Source: Naegleria gruberi | Lineage: Eukaryota | Direction: 5' to 3' (one strand) | NCBI GenBank assembly: GCA_000004985.1 | Contig: GG738851.1 | DNA length: 64,000 nucleotides | Shown here: positions 33,523 to 44,844 of the stretch, piece after piece | Numbering within the stretch: the first letter of the stretch is position 1 | Layout: each line of letters starts with the position of its first letter | The notes under the pieces: generated by a model | Database searches by the model: none | What the model saw: only the letters and a program-made list of their open reading frames with translations | Told to the model about the DNA's origin: nothing | Made by a program: the position numbers and the translations under genes

Positions 33523-33955
33523 TATTGAGTTCCTTATTAATTGGAACTTTTGGAAACTTAGATTGCCAATATTTGAATAGGAGAAATATGATGCTGCTTT
33601 AACAATAATGATTGGATTCAATGAGGAGCACCGAGTACAAACTTTGCTGATGTGTTTCCACACCATAAACACGTACAACAAAATCGATCGTTAATTTTTT
33701 GTTTGAGAACTTTATTTTTGGATGTGTGCACTTGGCATCAACAACGCTTGCTGACGTCAAAAAAATTCATGGTGACAAAGCATCCTAAACAAAACCCAAG
33801 CAAAAACGCTGGATGAAGTGATAATCGGTTATTGAGAGAACTAAGGAGTATTATTTGCATACTATTATAAATTGAAAAAAGTGAAAAGACATCACTGAAC
33901 ACAACAATAGTATTCATAAAACACAACTAGAATAACAACAATAATCTGAAACAAG

Positions 33956-34555
33956 ATGAATCATTCCAAACTCATTCCTCTACATCTAGTACTAATTCTC
34001 TCAACAGCCATTATCATAACAGCTCGGCCAAATATCCTACAATATGAAAGGATTAGAAAATACCGATATTCAGTTGGAGAAGGAACAACAAGTAAATCTT
34101 CCCAAGAGCCACTAATACATTCATCAGCTACCTATAAAACCACCACATCATTATATACTACTACTACTACCACTATAACAGAAGCAGGTAATGATCATCA
34201 CAATCAAGAACGACTCTACAAAAGTAACAGCATTGTTGGAGGAAGCGCCTCACCAAGTATTAACCATATTTCCTATGATGACTTTATCAACTTGACTTGC
34301 CAAGAAGAACATGAAGAGAATCATGGTCCGTCTACTACCACCACAAATAGCTGTTATCTTCATGATGATGATTCATCGAGTAATGCATCAACTTCATCAT
34401 CACAGAGCCATAATAATCATGACAATCATACCAATACAAACAAATTGCACCGAACCTTTCTCAGAATACCTACAACCATCAGTGCATCTAAAGTAATTCT
34501 AGAATCTGAGGAATTGAATGAGGACCATCTCTTTGAGTCATACATATACTCGTAA
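33956..34555 (+). CDS. secreted low-complexity (T-, H-, S-rich) protein
   Basis: Signal peptide MNHSKLIPLHLVLILSTAIIITA. Poly-T and His-rich tracts follow. Confidence 0.4.
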   Translation: MNHSKLIPLHLVLILSTAIIITARPNILQYERIRKYRYSVGEGTTSKSSQEPLIHSSATYKTTTSLYTTTTTTITEAGNDHHNQERLYKSNSIVGGSASPSINHISYDDFINLTCQEEHEENHGPSTTTTNSCYLHDDDSSSNASTSSSQSHNNHDNHTNTNKLHRTFLRIPTTISASKVILESEELNEDHLFESYIYS

Positions 34556-34660
34556 CAATAAATTATAATATACATTTATATGTACAGAGTGGAATGTACA
34601 AGTATCAAAGTGCTATACAGAATAGTTACGCTCATTAAAGTGTTGATACTCCTGCAAACT

Positions 34661-35158
34661 CTAAAAATTACGTGATCTTGCTTGAAGTCTACCCATTTGA
34701 ACAATCGAGTCAATCGATTGTCTAATGTAGTTAGTGAACAGAGCAGGCTCAGTGTACCTATCTCTTACTATACAGTGCATTATAATTACAAAACAATTAA
34801 CAACGTCTTCATCACTCAACAAATCAACCTTGTCAGCCTTTGAAAAGCGAGTTGAATCTTCAGCCCCACTCATCTCTGCTGATGATGTATTGTAGCTTGC
34901 TGGAACGTTTTGTTTCCAACTACTAAAGAATGACATGAAACCATAAAGTATTTCCATAGGATTTACGGTAACAACTTTTGGTTCGTCTTGTTGATTTTGT
35001 TGTTGTTGTTCAATAAAAGTCATGATGATACGTTGTACTTGCTCTGGTGCATAAACCTTTGTCTTTCCCATTGGTTGTTGCTGTTGAGGAGATGAAAAAA
35101 AACCGGTTTGGACGTAGGGTGGCGGTTCAGGTGGTTGAATAGCTTTGGTGAGGCTCAT
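34661..35158 (-). CDS. hypothetical protein
   Basis: ORF with the ATG at 35158 (MSLTKAIQPPEPPPY...). A Q-rich tract is present. No domain is assigned. Confidence 0.4.
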   Translation of the reverse strand: MSLTKAIQPPEPPPYVQTGFFSSPQQQQPMGKTKVYAPEQVQRIIMTFIEQQQQNQQDEPKVVTVNPMEILYGFMSFFSSWKQNVPASYNTSSAEMSGAEDSTRFSKADKVDLLSDEDVVNCFVIIMHCIVRDRYTEPALFTNYIRQSIDSIVQMGRLQARSRNF

Positions 35159-36288
35159 TTTTTTCTTGAGTTGTTTTTCAAAATTTAATTGATTGGCAGC
35201 TTTAAAAATATCTCCCAACAGCCAAGCAACTTTAATGCGCAATAGGCTGTTTGAAAATGAAACGGCAAAAACAAATCTACAAAATATATTTTGGAACCAT
35301 TGAAAATGACCTTAATAAGGTTCTCCCTTCGAAGGTTGAGCGTATTGTGGATAATAAAGCGCTTCATTGGAGGGCAGTGGACAACAAAATACAGTTTCTT
35401 TATCCTGATTGTAAAGTTACTTGGTTTTCTGTTTGAACTTGAGAATATTGTTAGATGCTAAATGAACTTGGGTTTCAATTTTTGATTTTTAATTGACAAG
35501 AACAAACGAATACAATGCACATTACACAACACTTGTTGATTTTCAACTTTAGTCATCCTTTCCTTATCAAATCCACACATTTAATATTGTTCATATTCTC
35601 AATGTTGACTGAGTGATTTTAATTCCGTTGGTTAATACTTATTTTTAAAACGGTCCAATTGTTCTTGGGTTAGTGGTTCTTCTTCCCCTTCGCTCTCGTC
35701 ATTGTGTTTGTTTTCCATCTCCTTTTTCTTGATTTCAAAATTTCATTAATACGCTGTTGGATTGTACAGGTAAGCAAGGAGAGGATTCTCTGTTTCAAAT
35801 CCTAGATATGATCTTTCAAAAGTTCAAAATCAATTACTTCAACATCCACATCGATTCACATTCACATAATATTTAATATGTTTATTACTGGTTTGGCAAG
35901 ATTGATTGCTTTTGATAATTCAGGATTCATTTCATCTGTTGATGATACGAAGAATCTTGAAGAACAACTCTCTAAATCAAAATCTTCCATCCATTCCATC
36001 TGATTCTAAACTCTCCAAGAAGATTCATTCTTGACAATGGATCCTGACCTCCCATGTTTTCAATCAAAGGAAGAAACTGATCTATTGTATTACCTTACTA
36101 TCCCAGCTTCCTTGGATCAAATGTCTTCCTTTCGGAGTTCCACATTTTGTTGTAACATGTCTAGAACTTACTTTATTGAGATCTTCCAGTTAGGAAAATT
36201 ACTTAACCATGTTCTTATTGTGTTCAGCGGTGTGTGTAGTAAGTTTTAACAAACTGTTTCAATAATCAAATGGAGATATCTTAAAAAA

Positions 36289-38515
36289 ATGAGGTATTGG
36301 AATAGTTTACTGTTAGTGCCAAGCTTACTCTGGTTTCTTCACATGTGTGCATCACATATACACGCACAAATTCCAACAAACATTGCAATAGTTGGAGGAA
36401 ACATACCTTGTAAGTGTCATAAACACATCTATTTTACCATGTTAATTTCCATTTCGTACAGCTGCCTCTGGTTACAATTTAGTTTTTATTGATGCGTTTA
36501 GATCTACAAGAAAAGTAAGTTATCATTATGCATGCAATTATTAATCACAAAATCAATAGTATGGTTTAGCAAAAACTCCATGGGTTGCTCTTTCAGACGA
36601 TCAATACACAACAGATGGATGGCCAATTGGTACATCTGCAGGAACTGTCCTTTTCACAGAGAACCCATCAGGATCTTTGAGTGGTACTTATTATTTTCAA
36701 GGTGATGGAGAATTGACATTAGGATTGATCTCTTCCCCTTATTGTTCAATTATAAACGTAACTCAGGCATTTGGAAAGACAACTGGTTACGTGGTTGTGG
36801 GAAGTAGTGCAACTATATTAATGCTAAATTTCAAACAAGCAACCAACTCAACGTTTAGAAATCTACGTTTGATTCGTCCAGGTTTTACTATTGAGGATGC
36901 AGATACACAAATATTTCATCCTGCCTTTTTAGAGACGATCAAGGATTTGAAAATTTTGAGAATGATGGATTGGTTGGGAACCAACGCAAATCCAGATACT
37001 GTTTGGGGCAATAGATCATTAGTTACTGATACAACCTAAAGTTCTTCAGGAGTTCCATATGAAATAATAATTGAGTTGGCAAATAGAACGAACAAGTCAA
37101 TTTGGGTCAATATTCCAGCTATGGTGGATGGGGATTATATAAATCAGATGGCAAAATTGTTCTATCAAAAGCTCAGTTCAACAACAGTGGTTTATATAGA
37201 ATATTCGAATGAATTATGGAATTCAGCTTTTTCTCAAGCAAAGTATAATTGGGCTGCAGCTACCAACATGGTGAATGTGTTAAACCAAACCTTCCTGAAC
37301 TATGACAATGTCAATAATGTTTACACATGGGCTTTTAGAAGAACTGGTTATATGGCTTACAGAATTTCAGAAATATTTGCTGCAGAGTTTGGGGAAAGCA
37401 AACGAAATAACCAATTCAGAGTTGTTTTAGCAGGTCAAGGAGCAAATTCATACATTGTTATGCAAGGTATTACTCTAATCAACAAGTTTTTTGGTCCTCC
37501 ATCCAAGTACTTATATGCCATTGCTTCAGCTCCATACTATATTCTTGATAATAACTATTCAGGAGTCATGAATACCAGTGATGTGCTCGATGAATTGGCC
37601 TATCAAGCAAGAATAAGTCCACAATCCTACGGTTATGCCACTTACGTTTGTTTATCTAAATTCTGGGGATTGAAACATTTTGCCTATGAAGGAGGGCCAG
37701 ATACATATGGATCGTACAATGTTGACTCAAAGAGAGCAGCTCATTTAGATCCAAGAATGAAACAAATCACAATTGACTTCCTAACTACTTGGTTTAGTTA
37801 CGGATTTGATGCATTTTTATACTATACAACAGGGTATGGGACATACAGTAGCAGTACTGGAGCTTGGGCATGGGCAGAGACTATGAATGATTCCATTCAT
37901 CCTAAGAAGGATGGTGTCATTCACATGATTAATAATCCAAATGTTCCATACAATACAAGTGTTTTTAGATACTTGGAAGGAAGTGCTTCACAAACAACAC
38001 AACTTAGTATTCCTGCCATTAAACATCAATTAGCAGGTACTACCTACACAACCACTTTTATTCCTTATTCATCTGTAGGAATTAATCAAACTCTTTACTA
38101 TCCCTTTGTTGCTGGTAAACGAGGAATCTATTCAGTTAGTGTTGAAACTCAATATGCAAAACAGGGAGGAAGTATTGGAATTTATTGGAATAATGATAAA
38201 ATGGGCTCTGTATTATGCAATTCGAAAGTATTTAACTTTTCACTTCCACTCAATACCAGTTCGGTTATTGAGAAGGGTATTTCTGTAGTAACATTATATA
38301 TAGAATCTGACAAATCTTATAGTATCAATACTGTTAATATTACACTGGTTACAGAGGTTCAAGACTCAACCCCAACAACGCCAACAACCCCAACAGTGTC
38401 TTCCTCACAACTTGGTCAAACCTCAACTGTTTCGAATAGAACTGTGGTTTCAGAAGGATCAAATAATGGTCATAATTTCCTTATTAACTTTCAAATTATA
38501 ATTGTAATATTATGA
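36289..38515 (+). CDS. secreted clan GH-A-type glycoside hydrolase, possibly GPI-anchored; exons 36289..36409, 36462..36514 and 36560..38515, with an in-frame TAA at 37037-37039
   Basis: Signal peptide MRYWNSLLLVPSLLWFL. Two short introns (52 and 45 nt, GTAAGT donors) are resolved in frame. The TIM-barrel motifs read ILRMMDWLGTNAN and VVYIEYSNELWN. A T/P-rich linker precedes a hydrophobic C-terminus. A single TAA interrupts the frame between ...VTDTT and SSSGVPYEII..., and no GT-AG intron of compatible phase is available. Confidence 0.6.
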
Positions 38516-38619
38516 TGTGTAGTCATTGCTAATCTAATGGTTTCTTTGTCCAATTAATTTTCTGTTCTGAACTTGCGAATATTTTTAGATGTGAACTTGG
38601 TTTACAATTTATAAAAAAA

Positions 38620-39351
38620 ATGTCACAAGAACAAGTGCAGGAGCACACAGAAGGTATTATTGTGGAGGTGGAGAATACAGAAACTCTTTATGAAAATGTT
38701 CAACTCTCTGTTGATATTGCACCATATAATCAAAGTGTTGATGTTGATATTGCTGGTGCTTGTGCAGTTTGCTCAATAACATTTGCTATTAATGCATCTC
38801 TTACCAACAATCCCGAACGGAGAGTGACTTTGGAGAGTGTTTTGGATTTGTCAATTTCGAATGAACAATTCTCAACAATAGGAAATGGAACTCATCCGAG
38901 GGCTTGTGTTGAAATTGGTAAATTATTTGGAATTGTGGAATGGGGTTATTTTGGAGAGAAAACAAATGGCTTTGAATTGATAAGAAGTCAACTCAAAAAA
39001 GGATTACCTGTTATTGTGGGAGTGAAAATGAATCTATTAACATTACCTTCTGATATTGGGCATGCAGTTGTAATTACTGGAATTGATGAGAGGAATCGGG
39101 TGACAATTGCAGATTCATTCTCTAGAATTTCTACAAGACAAGGGAAACGTAAACAATACCCATTTGGAAAACCTATTTGGGTTGCAAAACCAGGTTTTTA
39201 TGTTGCTGAGTGGCCAGAATTTGATGCCTCTTGGAATACTAAGGATGACTATATGTGTATGAGCTATGAGGGCGATCCAGCATTTGTTTCATTCAATCCA
39301 AATGAGATAGGCTATAGATTTTGGATGACTATTGATCCTAGTAATATTTGA
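38620..39351 (+). CDS. papain-fold cysteine peptidase-like protein (C39-like)
   Basis: The candidate Cys (GACAVCSITFAI) and His (GHAVVITGID) are spaced as in C39/BtrH-like peptidases. Weak call. Confidence 0.4.
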   Translation: MSQEQVQEHTEGIIVEVENTETLYENVQLSVDIAPYNQSVDVDIAGACAVCSITFAINASLTNNPERRVTLESVLDLSISNEQFSTIGNGTHPRACVEIGKLFGIVEWGYFGEKTNGFELIRSQLKKGLPVIVGVKMNLLTLPSDIGHAVVITGIDERNRVTIADSFSRISTRQGKRKQYPFGKPIWVAKPGFYVAEWPEFDASWNTKDDYMCMSYEGDPAFVSFNPNEIGYRFWMTIDPSNI

Positions 39352-39352
39352 T

Positions 39353-42103
39353 TTATTTTGTTTCCAATAACCTAGGAGAGGTTATAACATTCAGATTGGA
39401 TATTTGTTTTGATTGTAATAATTTGGAGTCACTGTCTGAAAATTTTTTAAGATGATGATGAGCATCTTCTACAGAGAGGAGACGAGGAGAGACAGTGGTA
39501 ACACTGCTTCTTCTGGGTGAAGTTGGACCACCATCGGTTATTTGTGGTACTGGTAAGGTGAAATTCGAGAAACTCAAACGTTTTGGTGAGAGCTTTTCCC
39601 ACAATCCTCCAATAAAAGAGTCAGCTGTTAGTCTATTAGGTGTTCCTCCTGTTTGTGAATTTGATCGTTTTGGACAAATTAATACACTAAGTGTTGCAAA
39701 TTCCTTATCTGCCAATTCAGAAATGTTCTTCTTTTTTCCTCTTGGAGTTGTTGGCGGAGAGGTTACACTTTCAGAAGGAATGACCAAAGTAGCTTCATCG
39801 TTATGAACTGAAAGACGTGGTGTCAGAGAGGTATCAGTTCCTGAGGAGGTACTTGTGCAGCCACTGTCCATGCTTATAGATCTAGAAGGGGATTTCTCCT
39901 TCTTTTCAAATAATAATTCCAACTTGAGTAAATCAAATCCAATAATTTCTTCTTGCAACCTATTAAACAGGACTGTATCAATTGGTAGAGAAAGGTATTG
40001 ATTTGCATACGATTGGCAAGTTTCAATTTGTTGGTGAATTCTATAGATTTGTCCAAGTTTTACCATGTTGAAGAATGATTTGTCTCTGTGCTCAGTATTT
40101 TGGATTGTCGTACTGTGAATAGATTCAATTTGTGTCATTTCTGTCATGAATAGTCCAAAGTATGGTATGATTGGAGTATATCTTGTGAATTGAGCCACTC
40201 TTAGATTTTCAAACTTTTTACGAATCATGAATAAACTATCCAAAGTGGTAAGATAATCTTGATATTTTTGCTCAACCTTACTCCAGACATTTTTCAATCT
40301 ACTGACACACTGAGAAGTTAAAGATCCATAGATTGCCATTAAAGAGTTGTAGTTTCCCAGCTTTTCCAAGTGTTGACAAATATCCAAAAATTTCTCAATA
40401 CATGATGCTCTTTCCTGCAAGCTTAAATTCTTGTAAAAGATACAAAATTTTACAAAAATTCCGAGCTTGTTAAAGTAGTCAATGTAGAGTGATAGTGATG
40501 GGCATTGTGAGGTAGAATATTGTAAATCTGTTTTGTAGAGTGGTGTAGTTTGGCAATTAACATTAGCATATCTTTCCAAAGTGAGCTCCTTGTGAATATT
40601 AACATTTCTCAACAGCAGGGCATCCATAGCTGTTAAGTGTTGTGCAATAATTTCTGGGTTGGCAATACTCAACACCAGGGGAGATTTAATGAGACTAAAC
40701 TCATCAAGGTATGAAGCAATAGGTTTGATTATTGACTTGTCGAGTTCTATTTTCTTGTTTGAAGGATGATTAGGTGTTGAAGATGCCTCAAAGGAACCTT
40801 CAAAAGATTTTAAAAATTCACTCCATGATGTGAAGGTATTAGGATACGACCACGACCTAAACTCATTAGCATAATGTATGCACGAGTTTTTGAAATTTTC
40901 CTGATTAATCTTAACTCCAACCAATTCGGATAGTGTGCAATATTCATCAAAGGAATCCAAATCTCTAGAATAATATCTTAAAAAGTATTCAATAAAGGAC
41001 TTTCTAAGTTCACAATCTTCAAGGGAAAGTAATGAATTAACAAATAAATGAGTATTTGGAAAAATGTATAGATGCAAATCGAATAATACTCTTCTGATAT
41101 TATCATTTGTTTCTGATAATTTGAACAAACCAGTGAGAGTAATGGATTTCAAATGCTCTAGTTCAAAATTTGAATTTTCTACCGACACACTATCCTTCAA
41201 TATTAATTCCTTTGAAATATCACCACTTTCATGGCATGACCAATTCACACAATTTGCACTTTCCACATTTGTATTTCTAATAGAAGAAACACATTTCGGA
41301 ATATGGTGATTTCGAATATGTATCAATAATTCAGAGTTGGCAACATTTTGCTCACCCAAATAGTCATCACATCCCATTATTGTTGGCTTCTTTGAGTCTT
41401 GTTGAATCATTGAGAGAAGTAAACTAGTGCTAGGAACGGTCTGATAATTTACCAATCCACCAATATCCTCCCTATTAATCAGAGGAGATGAAGAGGGTGA
41501 CGAATTGAATTTTCTGTGATATTTTCCATTATTTTCCTGTTGTTGTTGATGTTGAGGTGTAGGAAATTGATAATTATCATGTCCTCCACCCTCCATAAAT
41601 CTCGTCGTATCAATTCTATATTGATCATCATTATCAATACTCATTACTTGTTGTGATGAAACTCTGTTTTTCAATAGTCGACCGGAATCATCTTCATTCC
41701 TTGAAAAACTCCCAGCTATACTTCCATCATTTGATTGGCCATCCATCACAGAGGAAATTCCATCTTCATCATCTCCAACACGAATAGCAATACCATCACG
41801 ATGACTATGAATCTTCTTCTTGTTATTACTTTTTCTTTTACAGTAAATTTTGATGAACACAAAAACGGCGCCAATTAAAAGCAACACCAAGAAAAAACCG
41901 CCCAAACCTGATGAGAGGGAAATGATGAGAATTTGTTCTAGGTTGTTGCCTGTTGTTGAATTGTTATTGTAAGAAGTTGTTGTATGTACAATGGCAGCAG
42001 ATGATGCTTTGATATTATTTGAATTCGGAGAGTTGGTTTCCTCCATTGAAGATAGAGAGTTGCTACTGATGAATGAATCATCACCGAAACATATTGTCAT
42101 CAT
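39353..42103 (-). CDS. membrane-anchored Ras guanine-nucleotide exchange factor (CDC25-homology domain)
   Basis: N-terminal TM (GGFFLVLLLIGAVFVFIKIY). RasGEF catalytic domain with TPIIPYFGLFMTEMTQIE (GxPYxG motif) and NLSLQERASCIEKFLDI. Confidence 0.8.
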   Translation of the reverse strand: MMTICFGDDSFISSNSLSSMEETNSPNSNNIKASSAAIVHTTTSYNNNSTTGNNLEQILIISLSSGLGGFFLVLLLIGAVFVFIKIYCKRKSNNKKKIHSHRDGIAIRVGDDEDGISSVMDGQSNDGSIAGSFSRNEDDSGRLLKNRVSSQQVMSIDNDDQYRIDTTRFMEGGGHDNYQFPTPQHQQQQENNGKYHRKFNSSPSSSPLINREDIGGLVNYQTVPSTSLLLSMIQQDSKKPTIMGCDDYLGEQNVANSELLIHIRNHHIPKCVSSIRNTNVESANCVNWSCHESGDISKELILKDSVSVENSNFELEHLKSITLTGLFKLSETNDNIRRVLFDLHLYIFPNTHLFVNSLLSLEDCELRKSFIEYFLRYYSRDLDSFDEYCTLSELVGVKINQENFKNSCIHYANEFRSWSYPNTFTSWSEFLKSFEGSFEASSTPNHPSNKKIELDKSIIKPIASYLDEFSLIKSPLVLSIANPEIIAQHLTAMDALLLRNVNIHKELTLERYANVNCQTTPLYKTDLQYSTSQCPSLSLYIDYFNKLGIFVKFCIFYKNLSLQERASCIEKFLDICQHLEKLGNYNSLMAIYGSLTSQCVSRLKNVWSKVEQKYQDYLTTLDSLFMIRKKFENLRVAQFTRYTPIIPYFGLFMTEMTQIESIHSTTIQNTEHRDKSFFNMVKLGQIYRIHQQIETCQSYANQYLSLPIDTVLFNRLQEEIIGFDLLKLELLFEKKEKSPSRSISMDSGCTSTSSGTDTSLTPRLSVHNDEATLVIPSESVTSPPTTPRGKKKNISELADKEFATLSVLICPKRSNSQTGGTPNRLTADSFIGGLWEKLSPKRLSFSNFTLPVPQITDGGPTSPRRSSVTTVSPRLLSVEDAHHHLKKFSDSDSKLLQSKQISNLNVITSPRLLETK

Positions 42104-42626
42104 AGATATGTTCTATGAAGTTGTTGGTGCACAATATTGCAGAATAGAGATGCTGTATTTTTCTTTGTCTCTTCAATTTTCTATCATCAATCGACTTGTC
42201 AAGATTGTTTTCTACTCAATTCCCATTCAGGACAATGTCACCTGTAGTAACTTCAGTGCATACCTTCCAAACATTTGTTTAATAACATTTAAGGAAGCTA
42301 TTGGATTTAAAAACAACATTCATTCCTTTTTGTTTCTACTAGGAGTTTGATTTATTAGAAACTATTTATCGCCAAAAGTCAACCGAATATTAAGAAATCA
42401 GGTCATTCTTTCTGCAAACAACAAGGTAATTTATCCTCCATCTTCGAGCTGTAGATAAGGACTGTTTACAGTTTAACAGTAGTGTACATGGATTAAAATC
42501 CTCAAATCGGCAAAATTCAATGAATGTTACCAGACTATATTACATCCAATTACTATCCATATAATTTACCCTATGTTGTTTCTCCAATTTGCAACAGCAA
42601 AAAAATTCAATTCACACCAATGAACC

Positions 42627-44597
42627 ATGATAAGCTTGAAAAAAACCAATGATCTTCACAGTCATTTCTTTAACATTTTGGAGTTACCAGAAATTGTTAC
42701 TCACATTTTCCGAAATTTAGATATAGAAGAAAGAGCAAGAAAAAGACTTGTTAACACAACATTTAATCATGTCTATTTAATTGAAGAGGAGAATGAAATG
42801 TTGCAATTATGGAAGAAGTACGAGAGTGGATATTGTGGTGGTTATTATGTAAAACCACTCAGTGACGAAGAGTTGATAGCTTTGGAACAACAATTTGACA
42901 TGAAGATGCAATATCATTTGAAGATTTGGTTGACCAAGTGCTCAAATGGAAGATTTGAATGGCAACAATCATTGCTATCAATTGCAAATACTGGAGATTG
43001 GGATTATATCATTAATTCTCCATGTTTACAGAAATGTAAATTTGAATTGATGGATCATTTTGGTGATGAGATAGAAAACTTTATTTGTGTCCATTTCTCG
43101 TCCAGAGATCTCTGTGTAATGGACAAAAGGAATGGTAAATTCTACCATTCCTCGAATGCTGCTAGATTATATTGGAAGCAGATAGGTTATATTAGGGAAT
43201 GGTTAGAAAACATTTCGTATGATATTCTGTATCCATTATCTGAATTGAAAGGTGATCATATCAGTGCTCAGTTTTACAAATACTCGGAAGATATCAAGAA
43301 ATTGACCTCTGAAGGCAATATGAATGAATTTCTGAGATTTATCTCTGCAAGTCCTCAATCCTATTCTTTATTGAGTAATGAATGGAAGGGAAAGGAAGAA
43401 GTAATTGGAGCACTTTTATCAAATAATTATGAGGATCCTAATGGGTTCTTTTCACATTTACCAGCTCACATTCCATTTGATTTGAGAAATGACAAGGAAT
43501 TTTTATTGAAATACTTTAAAATAGCCGACTTTTGCTATTACATTCCAACAAAATTGAGAAATGACAAGAAATTTATGAAGAAATTAATATTACAATATAA
43601 TACTTGTTTCAATATAGGAGCCTTGCCAAAGGATATTCTCAGAGATACTGAAATATTAAGGTCACTTTCTGATAGTATTCTCTTAAACTCTGAGGTCCAA
43701 GAATATGTTGATTGGGAGTTTGAAACTGTTGAGCAAGTTAAAACTTTCTTTACTCAGCACCCAGAATCACATATTTCAATTCCATTCATTTCAGATACTA
43801 TCCTGAATGATAAATCAGCAATGATCGATATTTTGAATGAGGTCTATAATCTTGAACTTAAACCAGAAGATACATTGAATGATTTATCAGCGATTGAAAA
43901 AATTGTAAATGAATCCTCACCAATGGTTCTATCTATTGTTGATGAATCCATCAGAAACAACAAAGAGTTTATGATGAAGCTTGGGGAAATTTCTTTAATG
44001 TTTATTGGAAATGAATTGAAAACAGATTTAGATTTAATTTCTAGTGCAAAACCGACAGTACTGAAAAAATTGAATCTCATCATGTCAAAACAAGAATTTC
44101 TAGAATTATTAGAAAGGATTCAAAAAGCACCAACTATCCAATTCAAATACCTACACAATTTGAATTTATTTGACGCCTTGAAATATCAAATTCCCAGAGA
44201 ATATTTCAATGATCCAGAGTTTGCTTATGAAACCTATAGAATTACATCAGCTTCAGAACAATATTTAGGGAAAGTTGCAAAACAAGATTTTAATTTATGG
44301 ATTCGACTTGCACGAATGGAATTGGATTTATATGGAGCTCCTCCAGAACTGTTGGTTACAAATAGAGATCTTGCCTTTCAAAACATCTTTTCACCAATGG
44401 ACTTGCCCGATGATTTGATTTTTGATGAAGATTTTATGATAACGTGGATGGATAACCATCAGGAAATCAATGGTTTTGTTTGTTTGCCAACAAAGGCAAG
44501 AACAAGGAAGCTCTTTAAACACCTTCTTGTTAAGCATCCTTATTTGAAAAAGTTTGGTCCACCAGAATGGTTGGAAGAAGAAAAACCAAGTAAATAA
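42627..44597 (+). CDS. DUF4116-repeat protein (paralog 2)
   Basis: Repeats such as DLRNDKEFLLKYFKIADFCYYIPTKLRNDKKFMKKL and ESIRNNKEFMMKLGEISLMF. Confidence 0.55.
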   Translation: MISLKKTNDLHSHFFNILELPEIVTHIFRNLDIEERARKRLVNTTFNHVYLIEEENEMLQLWKKYESGYCGGYYVKPLSDEELIALEQQFDMKMQYHLKIWLTKCSNGRFEWQQSLLSIANTGDWDYIINSPCLQKCKFELMDHFGDEIENFICVHFSSRDLCVMDKRNGKFYHSSNAARLYWKQIGYIREWLENISYDILYPLSELKGDHISAQFYKYSEDIKKLTSEGNMNEFLRFISASPQSYSLLSNEWKGKEEVIGALLSNNYEDPNGFFSHLPAHIPFDLRNDKEFLLKYFKIADFCYYIPTKLRNDKKFMKKLILQYNTCFNIGALPKDILRDTEILRSLSDSILLNSEVQEYVDWEFETVEQVKTFFTQHPESHISIPFISDTILNDKSAMIDILNEVYNLELKPEDTLNDLSAIEKIVNESSPMVLSIVDESIRNNKEFMMKLGEISLMFIGNELKTDLDLISSAKPTVLKKLNLIMSKQEFLELLERIQKAPTIQFKYLHNLNLFDALKYQIPREYFNDPEFAYETYRITSASEQYLGKVAKQDFNLWIRLARMELDLYGAPPELLVTNRDLAFQNIFSPMDLPDDLIFDEDFMITWMDNHQEINGFVCLPTKARTRKLFKHLLVKHPYLKKFGPPEWLEEEKPSK

Positions 44598-44844
44598 AAA
44601 CTTGAGAGTCAATAAATTAAAATCTTATTACATTGAAAGTTTAGAAACAATGGCACAATTCATTTCAAATAAAGTTAAAATGGTGATTTAACAAAAATGT
44701 GATATTTCAATTGTTGTAATTAAGTTGCAATGGTTCAACACAAATATTTCCACAAATACAAGGAAGTTGTTTACAATTAAATCTTGACAAGCTTCAACAC
44801 CAATTATCAGTACCAACTACTTTCCTTTTCAATATTTAAAAAAA

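Noticed and set aside
35650-35720. Tiny acidic minus-strand ORF (MENKHNDESEGEEEPLTQEQLDRFKNK)
   Set aside because: It is only about 27 codons with no recognisable family. It could be an exon of an unannotated gene, but the sequence alone does not support a call.
37037-37039. TAA reassigned to a sense codon (variant genetic code), to explain the in-frame stop in the glycoside hydrolase gene
   Set aside because: TAA terminates many other well-supported genes in the window (2297-3814, 11015-12076, 20013-20549, EXO1 and others). The standard code applies, so the TAA here is a lesion, an error or readthrough.
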